A stretch of 21,770 nucleotides of DNA from a virus, in the UHGV virus genome UHGV-1845973. One strand, given 5' to 3'. Position 1 is the first letter of the stretch; the number at the start of each line of letters is the position of its first letter. The notes under the pieces were generated by a model, which saw only the letters and a list, made by a program, of their open reading frames with translations, was not told where the DNA came from and searched no databases. Both the position numbers and the translations under genes were made by a program. Positions 13,415 to 21,770 of the stretch are shown here, piece by piece.

Positions 13415-16400
13415 ATGGATATCAGCCCATTAGTGACGTTGAACAATTACCGCAATGGCGAGCACTCCATATGTCAAAAGCCCTGGAAGAAAAATACAAA
13501 GCTCAAGCCGGGAAACGTTGATCGCGCTGGTAAAAGAGAGGTTATTTTGAAAGAGAATAAAGACCGTATCGCAATAATTGACGCTATTCAGGAAGCGAGC
13601 ACAAACGAACTTAAAGCTCTTGCTGAGGTAAAAGACGCCATTCTTTCTGGGGCAAGCACCATAACTCAACAGGACGAAAGGCAAGGCAGAGTTAGCAACA
13701 GACTATCACGCAGGCGTAAAGAGTACGAGCAAAGTACATCTGATAGCGTTAGAGATGTCCAAACTAACCCATATAAAAAACGTCTCCCTGCTAAAAAGGA
13801 GAGGGCACCGATAAACCAAACCGTGGACCGCTCTATCGTTGCAACGAACACACCAGAAAGTGTTCGCTCCGTGCAATCACGTCAGACCATCCGAAAATCG
13901 GACGGTTTTATACCGGTAGCTGCTAATTCAGCCCCTCTTGAACCACAATCCCCCCAAAGTCTAAAAGGCCCGCTGCGGGATAGTAATGGACGTTTTGTAT
14001 CCCAAAAAAGCAATGAGGATGTAGCCAGAAAAAAAGAATTGCAGAACGCACGTAAAGCCGACGCAAAATTACAAGCTGGCTTTCTCAGAAAGCTAGGTTC
14101 CATTATGGGGGTAGATGGCAATCGGTCTTCCAGTGAAGAGTCTTTAACAAATGCAGCTGGTGTCGGTGCTGGTGGGCCGTTCTGGATGGCGGCTCGTGGC
14201 ATGTACGACATAACTAAAGAGATCACAGGTAAAGCAGAATCTCTTAAAGAATGGGTAGAAAAGGGGAAAAAAGAAACATCAACCTCGAAAGCAATATCAC
14301 CAGTAATTACTTATCCGGCGGCGGTGAATTCTCAAAAAGCAACATCTGCAAAAGCGTTCAATAACGCTGTTGAGACAAAATCCGCACAAGCAGTAGAAGA
14401 GCAAACCAAAATCCTTCAGACCAATGACAACAAAATAATTGATGGTCTGGAAAATGTTTCTGACGAGATAGTTAAGCTTCGGAAATCAGTGTCTTCTGGA
14501 AATAAGTTCGGCTTAAGTGATCTCTGGAAAAATCGAGCAAGCAGAAGAAATAAAATCAATATTGGTGATCAGACGGGAAAAAATAAACGGAACAAATCGA
14601 AAAGGAAAGGACGCAATCTTGGGAAAAAAGCACTCTCCGCTGGCGAAAAAGTTGCTGCCGGTAGCGCTGCGGCTGGCACTGGTGTCGGAGCAGCAAAAGT
14701 AGTTAAAAATAAGATCAGCAAACCCAAAGATGTAAGCACTATCAGCGATACATCAAAGGGGATTGCAAAGGAAACAAAAAATACTGCTAAGGCCGTGAAG
14801 TCAGCTGGTGTTGTGGCTGAAGATGCCACCATTAAAACCGGCGAAGCCATTGCAAAGAAAAAAACTGAATCTGTAGCCCTCAAAAGTGCTGCAAAAATAG
14901 GTGTTAAATCAGCAGCATCCACAGCGGCAAGAGCGGTCCCTATCATCGGTTCGCTGGCAATGGCTGGATATGACGCCATAGATGGTTACACAGATACAGA
15001 GGCGCAAAAGGCAGCCTTTGGATTAAGTGACGATAATGCTGTATCCGAACAGCAAAAAACGGCTTACGCAACAGCTAATGTGCTCGATATGGGGGGCTTG
15101 GTGTCGGGCGCAACGAACTTGATAGGGAAAGGAATTTCTGCGCTAGGATTTGAAAGAGCAGGTGAAAAACTTCAGAATTTTGATACCGGAGATATTGCTC
15201 GTGGTGTTAACGGCGCGGTAGATATCACCAAATCTGTTTTTGGTAGCCTTAAGGATACATTTTTATCCACTGATGAAAACACGAAACAAGTAAAAAAAGC
15301 TGTTGAAGACGGCACCAAAAAAACTGTCGATGCGATTCATTCTCTAGGTGAACAATTACAAGGTGGGCGTAATGGCGAGGATGGAGTTGGTGAGCACGGG
15401 TATACTTCTCCAACTGAATTTAGTGCACCTGCCAACAACACCATTGCAGCGGATCTGAATATTGGCGGCAGCAACGCTAAAAACCGCAATTACCGAAATA
15501 ATAATCTCGGCAATCTTGTTTTTGCCAACCAGGAAGGGGCGACGCTGGAATCGCCAAATGCAAAAGGTGAACAACGTTTTGCGCGATTTAACACACCTGA
15601 AGAAGGGATCAGGGCACTGGCAAACCAGGTTTCCAGCTATTACAACGGCACCAGTGCCGCAGCGGGATATCAGAAGTTACAGACGGTATCCAGCATCATT
15701 TCAAAATGGGCACCGCCAAATGAGAACAATACTAACCAATATATTGATAACGTCAGTAAATATCTTGGTGTATCGCCTAATGAAAAAATAGATGTCAGCA
15801 AACCAGAGGTTATGACGCAATTAGTTCGTGCAATTGCGACGAAAGAAGGCGGAAATCCGGCAGTTAATAATGAGTTCATTAAGAACGCACTTGGAGCATT
15901 TAACACAAACACTGGTCGATGGGAGGGACAATTCTCTGACGAAACATTGGCGCGGATTAATAAAATTCAGAAAGAAAATGGTGGTCAGCTAATTGCCCGC
16001 GATTCGCAATATAGTGTTGGTCGCAAGGTAAAATATGCTAATGGAAAATCTCCAGCTCAACCAGTTTTGAATGCCGTTCCGACAGCAACACAACAGCCAA
16101 TTGAGGTTGCACAACATGCCCAGGCAGTCAAAAAGCCACAAAAAACAGGTAACCAACCACAACCGATTAATCCAGAGAACGCTGATGTTAATACCGGCTC
16201 TCCATCGAGTTTGCTTGAGCGGTTAATCACAATAAATGAAAGCGGAATCAGTGGTGCAAGTAATTTATTTGGCGGCGCGGCTACCAGCCTTGCTGGAACA
16301 AGTCTGGACCTGGTAAAGGATTTTGCGTTGGCTACTTCGTTTGGTTCTATATCTTCGCTTTCCGAAAAAGCGAAAGGAATGGATCAGGCTCTTACTGAAA

Positions 16401-17359
16401 AGATATCCGGCTTAACCGGTAAATCTTTTGGATTTAAAATAGCTTCTCAAGTGGCTGATATCGCAACAGCCATACAACAAAAACGCACTGTTAATCACGA
16501 TACAGAAATCATTGATCTACTTCCGGGAGATCAAGTATCCCCTTCTACTCCGAAAACCCCACAGCAGGAGCAGGCTCTAGCAATCAGCCAGGCTATGGAG
16601 GGCTTTTCATCTGCAGCGCCAGCACCGAAAACCCCACAGCAGGAGCAGGCTCTAGCAATCAACCAGGCTATGGCGGGAGCTGCGCCAGTAGTTACCTCTG
16701 GAAAACGAACTATCACGGCACCAAGTGATGTGCAGATTTATGACAACGGCTACAAGGTGGTTACAGGTGAGGATAAGAGCTTCTTTGGTTCGCTATTTGA
16801 TTCCACGGTGTCAGGGCTTAAACAGACAGGAACCGCAGTAATTCCTGCCGTTGGCGATAACCTTTCACGACTTGTTGGGGGGATTGATAGTACAGGGATA
16901 TTGAACGATCTTGTAATGCAGTCTACTGGGCAGAATAGTGCGATTGCGCGAGCTATTAGCCCATTAACAAGAAATGTTGGAGACTGGCTGAATGGGGGGA
17001 TTCAACAAACCGCTAATAGCATTAGGGGAATAGCAACTGGTGCCAATAACGCCATATTTGGCTCTGCTTCAGCTGTGCAAGAACCTTTTCTTGCTATGCC
17101 GCCACAACTCCCTACTGTAACCGATCTCGCACGAAGCGGAATAAGACAACCATTAACTACTGACACTATAAATAACGATCCTGCTATGTTGAAGGCGCTG
17201 GATAACATCTGCTCTATCCTGAACGATCTGCTGAATGTGAACAAGAACAATACAAAAGGCGATCCGGATAATGTTGTCAAAACATCGCAGCCGCAGCCGC
17301 GACCACGTGCGAGCACAACTATTAATGACCAGTCGCTGGATGCTCTGCTTGAGGATTAA
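13415..17359 (+). CDS. Tail tape-measure protein with an embedded globular domain
   Basis: 1314 aa. Long Ala/Lys/Gly-rich low-complexity helical regions, central hydrophobic Gly-rich segments, and a position between tail genes and baseplate genes. A globular segment (about nt 15480..15900) differs from the rest. Confidence 0.8.
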   Translation: MDISPLVTLNNYRNGEHSICQKPWKKNTKLKPGNVDRAGKREVILKENKDRIAIIDAIQEASTNELKALAEVKDAILSGASTITQQDERQGRVSNRLSRRRKEYEQSTSDSVRDVQTNPYKKRLPAKKERAPINQTVDRSIVATNTPESVRSVQSRQTIRKSDGFIPVAANSAPLEPQSPQSLKGPLRDSNGRFVSQKSNEDVARKKELQNARKADAKLQAGFLRKLGSIMGVDGNRSSSEESLTNAAGVGAGGPFWMAARGMYDITKEITGKAESLKEWVEKGKKETSTSKAISPVITYPAAVNSQKATSAKAFNNAVETKSAQAVEEQTKILQTNDNKIIDGLENVSDEIVKLRKSVSSGNKFGLSDLWKNRASRRNKINIGDQTGKNKRNKSKRKGRNLGKKALSAGEKVAAGSAAAGTGVGAAKVVKNKISKPKDVSTISDTSKGIAKETKNTAKAVKSAGVVAEDATIKTGEAIAKKKTESVALKSAAKIGVKSAASTAARAVPIIGSLAMAGYDAIDGYTDTEAQKAAFGLSDDNAVSEQQKTAYATANVLDMGGLVSGATNLIGKGISALGFERAGEKLQNFDTGDIARGVNGAVDITKSVFGSLKDTFLSTDENTKQVKKAVEDGTKKTVDAIHSLGEQLQGGRNGEDGVGEHGYTSPTEFSAPANNTIAADLNIGGSNAKNRNYRNNNLGNLVFANQEGATLESPNAKGEQRFARFNTPEEGIRALANQVSSYYNGTSAAAGYQKLQTVSSIISKWAPPNENNTNQYIDNVSKYLGVSPNEKIDVSKPEVMTQLVRAIATKEGGNPAVNNEFIKNALGAFNTNTGRWEGQFSDETLARINKIQKENGGQLIARDSQYSVGRKVKYANGKSPAQPVLNAVPTATQQPIEVAQHAQAVKKPQKTGNQPQPINPENADVNTGSPSSLLERLITINESGISGASNLFGGAATSLAGTSLDLVKDFALATSFGSISSLSEKAKGMDQALTEKISGLTGKSFGFKIASQVADIATAIQQKRTVNHDTEIIDLLPGDQVSPSTPKTPQQEQALAISQAMEGFSSAAPAPKTPQQEQALAINQAMAGAAPVVTSGKRTITAPSDVQIYDNGYKVVTGEDKSFFGSLFDSTVSGLKQTGTAVIPAVGDNLSRLVGGIDSTGILNDLVMQSTGQNSAIARAISPLTRNVGDWLNGGIQQTANSIRGIATGANNAIFGSASAVQEPFLAMPPQLPTVTDLARSGIRQPLTTDTINNDPAMLKALDNICSILNDLLNVNKNNTKGDPDNVVKTSQPQPRPRASTTINDQSLDALLED
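16550..16680 (+). repeat. Tandem ~75-bp duplication inside the tape-measure gene
   Basis: CCGAAAACCCCACAGCAGGAGCAGGCTCTAGCAATCA[G/A]CCAGGCTATGG[A/C]GGG occurs at 16550 and again at 16625 with two mismatches (protein repeat KTPQQEQALAI[S/N]QAM[E/A]G). Confidence 0.75.
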
Positions 17360-17364
17360 TACTG

Positions 17365-17739
17365 ATGCTTTACGAAATAGACGCAAGACTTCAAACGAAT
17401 GAGAGCGGTGTCATTATTGCAGAAGGAAGTACCGCAGCATGGATGGCCCGACTTGACGAGTGGCTACGAACCCCTGAAGGGAGTGTTTATGGTTTACCCT
17501 CTTGGGGGAGTCCAATGGAAGAATTTAAGCATGAACCATTCGGCTCTGAAACTTCGCACATAGTTGAAGTGGCTATTGAAGGGAGAATGATGAAAAAACT
17601 ACGACAAGACTTGCCAGGTTTGGATGTGCAGGGGATTCGTTGCACATCAATTTCTGAAGATTCTTTATTAATTAGTTTTTATGCGAAAGGTGGGAGCATG
17701 GATATTGTTATGCAGAAATCAAGTGGGGTGGGCGCGTGA
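17365..17739 (+). CDS. Baseplate wedge protein, gpW / gp25-like
   Basis: 124 aa. The segment WLRTPEGSVYGLPSWGSPMEEF resembles the conserved LRTP.GSR core of the P2 gpW / T4 gp25 family. RBS GAGGA 9 nt upstream. Lies directly after the tape-measure gene. Confidence 0.6.
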   Translation: MLYEIDARLQTNESGVIIAEGSTAAWMARLDEWLRTPEGSVYGLPSWGSPMEEFKHEPFGSETSHIVEVAIEGRMMKKLRQDLPGLDVQGIRCTSISEDSLLISFYAKGGSMDIVMQKSSGVGA

Positions 17740-19166
17740 CGATTACAGAATTACTGGACAAATTTAACGCCAAGTTAAACGAAAACACATGGTGGTCACG
17801 ATTTGTAAATAGTCAGTTTGTGCAGATGCACGCTATATTCGGAGCGCAGCTTATTTATATTGCCCGTACATTTGCAAGCCGCGGCCTCACTGAGGGACTT
17901 ATTTCAACGGCAACGCGTCGCTCAAGTATTTTAGCGGTTGCTGAAGACCGTAGCTACGTAGGGCGATTTGTTAGTGCTTCATACGGAACAACGTCTATAA
18001 CCAATAAAACTGATCGGGATATTACGTTACCAGCCGGGGCTGAATTGCTTGCCAATGACCAAACACCTTTGGCAATTATTAACAGTGTTGTAATTCCTGC
18101 TGGAGGAACTGTTTCTGGCGTAGAAACTAAACAGCATGAAGCTGTTAGCATTACATTTGATATTGAGAAGGAAACTTTATTTCTGACATTGTTGCTTTCC
18201 AGAGAGTTAACAAAAGAAGTCTCTAGCCTGGATGTTTATGTTATTACAGATGGAGTAGAAGAAAAATGGACATATAACCCATTATTTAGAATGTCCAGAG
18301 ACAAGAGTAAGCACTATTCATTGGCATATAAACCTACAGAACAACTTGGAGTCAAGTTTGGTGATGGTTCTATGGGTATGATGCCTCCAGCAGGCTGTCA
18401 GGTTCGAATCGATGTTATGGCTAGCCTTGGCGACTATACTTTGGCTGAAGGACAAAAGTTAGAACCGGCTGGAAATATCGCTCAATATGCGGAGTCACTA
18501 GAGTTTAAAACTGATTCGATCATTACCGGTGGTAGTGGTATGGAAACTACAGAAGAAACTCGAAATCGTGCTCAGTATTATGTTGCATACGATGAACAAG
18601 TGGTATGGGGCGGTGATTATCGCCAATTCATTCAGAATGTTGTTCATGGAACTTCATGGTTGAACGTTTGGGGCGAAGCGTTACAAGAGAAAATAACTGG
18701 GTTTGACGTTCGAAACATCAACAAAATTTTCTTTTGCGGACATAAGCCGGGTGTAAGCCAGGCTCAGCTAAAATCAGAAATACTGAAAGCCCTGGAGAAT
18801 GTTCCAAATGAGTTGAACAAGCGGTTCGAGTATGTAGATACAAATGAACAGCCATTTACTATAAAATTTATAGGTATTGCACGTAAAAATGTTCTGATAG
18901 ACGATGCTCAAAATGCTATTAAAGCAGCGTTGGAAGATAATTTTGGCCGTGATTCGTCATCATTCAGTTTATTACTACAGAGTGATGATGATTCCCAGCA
19001 ATGTTATGCACAGGTAAAAGTTAAAGATATTTGGCGAGTAATAGAGTCTCTGGATATGTTTCTGTCTTACGACATAACAATACAAAATATGAAAGATGCT
19101 GTTTACTTTAATGACTTCATTTATCTTAACGTAAAATCTTCAACGTTCAGCATTTCTTACCCGTAA
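17736..19166 (+). CDS. Baseplate J-like protein (P2 gpJ / T4 gp6 family)
   Basis: 476 aa. GTG start overlapping the upstream stop (GTGA). The N-terminal region ...ILAVAEDRSYVGRFVSASYGTTSITNKTDRDITLPAGAELLANDQ fits the Baseplate_J pattern. Conserved W then J gene order. Confidence 0.6.
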   Translation: MTITELLDKFNAKLNENTWWSRFVNSQFVQMHAIFGAQLIYIARTFASRGLTEGLISTATRRSSILAVAEDRSYVGRFVSASYGTTSITNKTDRDITLPAGAELLANDQTPLAIINSVVIPAGGTVSGVETKQHEAVSITFDIEKETLFLTLLLSRELTKEVSSLDVYVITDGVEEKWTYNPLFRMSRDKSKHYSLAYKPTEQLGVKFGDGSMGMMPPAGCQVRIDVMASLGDYTLAEGQKLEPAGNIAQYAESLEFKTDSIITGGSGMETTEETRNRAQYYVAYDEQVVWGGDYRQFIQNVVHGTSWLNVWGEALQEKITGFDVRNINKIFFCGHKPGVSQAQLKSEILKALENVPNELNKRFEYVDTNEQPFTIKFIGIARKNVLIDDAQNAIKAALEDNFGRDSSSFSLLLQSDDDSQQCYAQVKVKDIWRVIESLDMFLSYDITIQNMKDAVYFNDFIYLNVKSSTFSISYP

Positions 19167-19176
19167 TGAGGTTAGC

Positions 19177-20022
19177 ATGAAAGATAATTGGCTTAAGGAA
19201 CGATTAACTAAAGTAAAACAGGATTCACATCTCTGGAGTGCATTTATAGACGCTTTACAGGATGTCTGGAATGAGGCAGTAGAACCAATATTAACAAGAA
19301 TAAGTAACAGAAAATCCTTCTTCACTATGGACAGTGAGGATATGGATGCCCGCATTGCTGAATACGGGCGTTTTTTCGTTATCACTGAAAAAGATAATGC
19401 CCGTAGGCCAATGCTTCTGGCGCAGCGTTTAGATGAAGTGCACTTTAAAGGTACTATCTTGCCTATTGAGCAGACATTCTGGCGTGAATTCGGTTGTATT
19501 CCTGTTAGTTGGGAACCGCTGTATGCACCTGTAAATATAGAAAAACACCCCTATGGTTCATATTTTGCGACCGAAATAGAAATACCTACGGCACAGGCTC
19601 AATTCGGTGAGCTCTTCCTGACATCAAGGGGGCTGGTCGTTGTTGATCAGAACAAGCTATATCGCTCATATGGAGAGCAGGATAAAGAAGCCGCTGTGCA
19701 GAAATTGTTATCTGACTTCGAAACAGTAATAGCCCCTTTGTTGCCATTGCATATTGTTTTTGATGGCGTCTCGTTTCGGCTTAGTGCTGTATTCCCTGAA
19801 GTGGCAGAAATATTAAATTACCTGTCTACGGATGTTTCGGTAATTGAAGGTGTTTATGTTACTGAGAGTATGGCTGATATGCTATCCCGTAGTGATACCT
19901 CCTGCCAGGCAGACAATATTTCTCTTAATGCCATACCGAACCGAACGGCAGAAAAGCAATTACATCTTGATGTAACCCCACTCGATGCGTGGCCTTTGGA
20001 TTACCACCTTCAACCTGTTTAA
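19177..20022 (+). CDS. Hypothetical baseplate / tail protein (gpI-position)
   Basis: 281 aa. RBS GAGG 6 nt upstream of the ATG. Occupies the position after the J-like gene and before the fibre genes. Confidence 0.45.
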   Translation: MKDNWLKERLTKVKQDSHLWSAFIDALQDVWNEAVEPILTRISNRKSFFTMDSEDMDARIAEYGRFFVITEKDNARRPMLLAQRLDEVHFKGTILPIEQTFWREFGCIPVSWEPLYAPVNIEKHPYGSYFATEIEIPTAQAQFGELFLTSRGLVVVDQNKLYRSYGEQDKEAAVQKLLSDFETVIAPLLPLHIVFDGVSFRLSAVFPEVAEILNYLSTDVSVIEGVYVTESMADMLSRSDTSCQADNISLNAIPNRTAEKQLHLDVTPLDAWPLDYHLQPV

Positions 20023-20025
20023 TAA

Positions 20026-20051
20026 TTCTTCCCCCGCATTTGGGGGAAGAA
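20026..20051 (+). terminator. GC-rich hairpin (10-bp stem TTCTTCCCCC/GGGGGAAGAA, 6-nt loop), no U-tract
   Basis: Perfect inverted repeat 4 nt after the stop at 20022. Confidence 0.3.
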
Positions 20052-20116
20052 CAACGGAAATCACAAACTGAGCATACTCTCCTTTGGTTCATTGCTTATG
20101 AAGGGGCTATGTTCGT

Positions 20117-20563
20117 ATGGCTGAAAATTTAAAGGTAAGAGATGGTAACCGCCTGTATAAGGCGCAATTACTTTCCTACTATTATTCACGCCGCGCAGAG
20201 TCGGCGATCGGCAAAGGTGCGCGTTTTGTTATCTCTAAGGCGTATTGGTGCAAATCTAGTCTGGTAACTGCTAATGGTGCAGGAGGCTGGAATATAGCGG
20301 ACATTCCGCTCGATTTTAAATTGAGTGGCGCTCAACAGTTTGCTGTGTCCGATCTGATATTGTCCAGCGTGGATGGGATTATCACGATCAATGCAGCCTT
20401 CCCTCAAGAAAGAATGCCGGATAACACGCCTTACGACTTTAACACGCTTGTGCTTGTTGATGCTGAGGAACAGGCTTTTGGTGTGCTTTGCACCCAGCAA
20501 GATACCCTCTATAAAGGTAAACGTTACAGTATTCTCATGACAATCGAGCAAGTTGAGGGTTGA
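20117..20563 (+). CDS. Hypothetical tail-fibre-associated structural protein
   Basis: 148 aa. Its stop lies 3 nt before the tail fibre start. The functional guess is from position only. Confidence 0.45.
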   Translation: MAENLKVRDGNRLYKAQLLSYYYSRRAESAIGKGARFVISKAYWCKSSLVTANGAGGWNIADIPLDFKLSGAQQFAVSDLILSSVDGIITINAAFPQERMPDNTPYDFNTLVLVDAEEQAFGVLCTQQDTLYKGKRYSILMTIEQVEG

Positions 20564-20565
20564 TT

Positions 20566-21770
20566 ATGGGGGCTGATAAAACGAACAACATAATGACACT
20601 ATCCTCTGGTGTCTCACAGTCGTTGCTTGCTGATGTTCAATATTTCGAACTCTATAGTAGTCTGGCTCTTAACAGAAAACTAAAAAATATTGTTTTGCCT
20701 GGCTTTTACTGTGGATTTGAACCGGTTCCCGGCACAGGGTTGAGTGTCCGCATAACTTCTGAAAACTCCGAAGGTAAAGGGGCTGCTTCAGTAGATGTAA
20801 ATAATGTTCAGATATCCGTTCAGCAAATAGAAGATGTGACTGTCTCGGTAAAGGCAGGGGCTACCAACATTATTGTGCTGGAAGCCAATTTTGAACATGG
20901 TGTAAAAACGACACAGGTAGATAGCGCATCTTCTGTCAGTGCTGCAAGAATTTACGCGCGTACGGACAATACTATTGGGCAGAATCAAATTGAATTATGT
21001 CGAGTTATCGTGCCTAGCGGCGCAACGGCTGTGACTAAAGAAATGATTGTGCTTAAATACCGGGTTAACCGTGCTGTTGGTGTCGAATTCTCTAATGAAA
21101 TAAGCAGTACAGAAGAAAGAAAAGCGGCTACACCGAAAGCTGTCAAGGCTGCATATGACCTGGCTAACGGGAAGTATACAGCCCAGGATGCAACCACGAC
21201 ACAAAAAGGGATAGTTCAGCTCAGTAGCGACACCAACAGCACTTCTGAAACATTAGCTGCAACTCCAAAAGCGGTTAAAGCTGCATACGATCTAGCAGCC
21301 GGAAAGGCACCATCCAGTCATACACATCCCTGGAATCAGATCACTGGTGTGCCAACAGCTTCATTGACAGCGAAAGGCATCACTCAGCTCAGTAGTGCCA
21401 CTAACAGCACGTCTGAAGTGCTGGCCGCTACACCGAAAGCTGTCAAGGCTGCATATGACCTGGCTAACGGGAAGTACACAGCCCAGGATGCAACCACGAC
21501 ACAAAAAGGGATAGTTCAGCTCAGTAGCGACACCAACAGCACTTCTGAAACATTAGCTGCAACTCCAAAAGCGGTTAAAGCTGCATACGATCTAGCAGCC
21601 GGAAAGGCACCATCCAGTCATACACATCCCTGGAATCAGATCACTGGTGTGCCAACAGCTTCATTGACAGCGAAAGGCATCACTCAGCTCAGTAGTGCCA
21701 CTAACAGCACGTCTGAAGTGCTGGCCGCTACACCGAAAGCTGTCAAGGCTGCATATGACCTGGCTAACGG
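20566..21770 (+). CDS. Tail fibre protein (P1 S / P2 H-type, PF03406-type repeats), 3-prime partial
   Basis: ATG at 20566 with RBS GAGGG 6 nt upstream; the ORF is open to the window end. Repeated motifs SSxTNSTSExLAATPKAVKAAYDLAxGK are the hallmark of the phage tail fibre repeat. Confidence 0.8.
   Translation, partial: MGADKTNNIMTLSSGVSQSLLADVQYFELYSSLALNRKLKNIVLPGFYCGFEPVPGTGLSVRITSENSEGKGAASVDVNNVQISVQQIEDVTVSVKAGATNIIVLEANFEHGVKTTQVDSASSVSAARIYARTDNTIGQNQIELCRVIVPSGATAVTKEMIVLKYRVNRAVGVEFSNEISSTEERKAATPKAVKAAYDLANGKYTAQDATTTQKGIVQLSSDTNSTSETLAATPKAVKAAYDLAAGKAPSSHTHPWNQITGVPTASLTAKGITQLSSATNSTSEVLAATPKAVKAAYDLANGKYTAQDATTTQKGIVQLSSDTNSTSETLAATPKAVKAAYDLAAGKAPSSHTHPWNQITGVPTASLTAKGITQLSSATNSTSEVLAATPKAVKAAYDLAN
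21127..21770 (+). repeat. Near-identical 300-bp tandem repeat (at least 2.1 copies) inside the tail fibre gene
   Basis: 21127..21426 is repeated at 21427..21726 with a single mismatch (21177 T versus 21477 C). A third copy begins at 21727 and is cut by the window end. Each 300-bp unit encodes 100 aa and itself contains diverged copies of the fibre repeat motif. Confidence 0.9.

Noticed and set aside
14569-14979. 136-aa - strand ORF inside the tape-measure gene
   Set aside because: It is the antisense shadow of an Ala/Lys/Gly-rich coding region (Ala-rich in reverse). No independent evidence.
1-21770. tRNA, rRNA, integrase, transposase or IS elements
   Set aside because: No cloverleaf-like or rRNA-like segments and no recombinase or transposase-like ORFs were recognised. 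The window appears to contain only partition, accessory, replicon and virion genes.

Overview
This window reads as a segment of an enterobacterial phage-plasmid: a contractile-tailed (myovirus-type) phage genome carrying plasmid maintenance functions. All calls are from reading the sequence and the supplied ORF track; no searches were run. Left to right: (1) a ParM-type actin-like partition ATPase on the - strand with an AT-rich upstream region containing 11-bp-periodic TTGAGAAT-like repeats (candidate parC centromere); the expected parR lies off the left edge. (2) A + strand accessory block: a PAAR-domain spike-tip protein, a translationally coupled 268-aa hypothetical protein, and an Rz/Rz1-like spanin pair with no adjacent holin or endolysin. 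(3) A convergent two-gene - strand module of unknown function (3009..3918). (4) A long + strand virion morphogenesis cluster: large capsid-like protein, Big_2 Ig-like protein, tail sheath, several unassigned tail proteins, a 1314-aa tape-measure protein, gpW/gp25-like and J-like baseplate proteins, and a tail fibre with PF03406-type repeats that runs off the right edge. (5) This cluster is interrupted by an inverted P1-type iteron replicon: 7 incA-like iterons, repA on the - strand, 5 incC-like iterons, a GATC cluster and a DnaA box. No rRNA, tRNA, CRISPR array, IS element or integrase was seen. The most interesting points are the PAAR plus coupled-protein pair, the unknown two-gene module, a dnaX-type A_AAA_AAG slippery site at the capsid stop codon leading into a -1 frame that encodes an Ig-like first strand, and near-identical 300-bp tandem repeats in the tail fibre gene.
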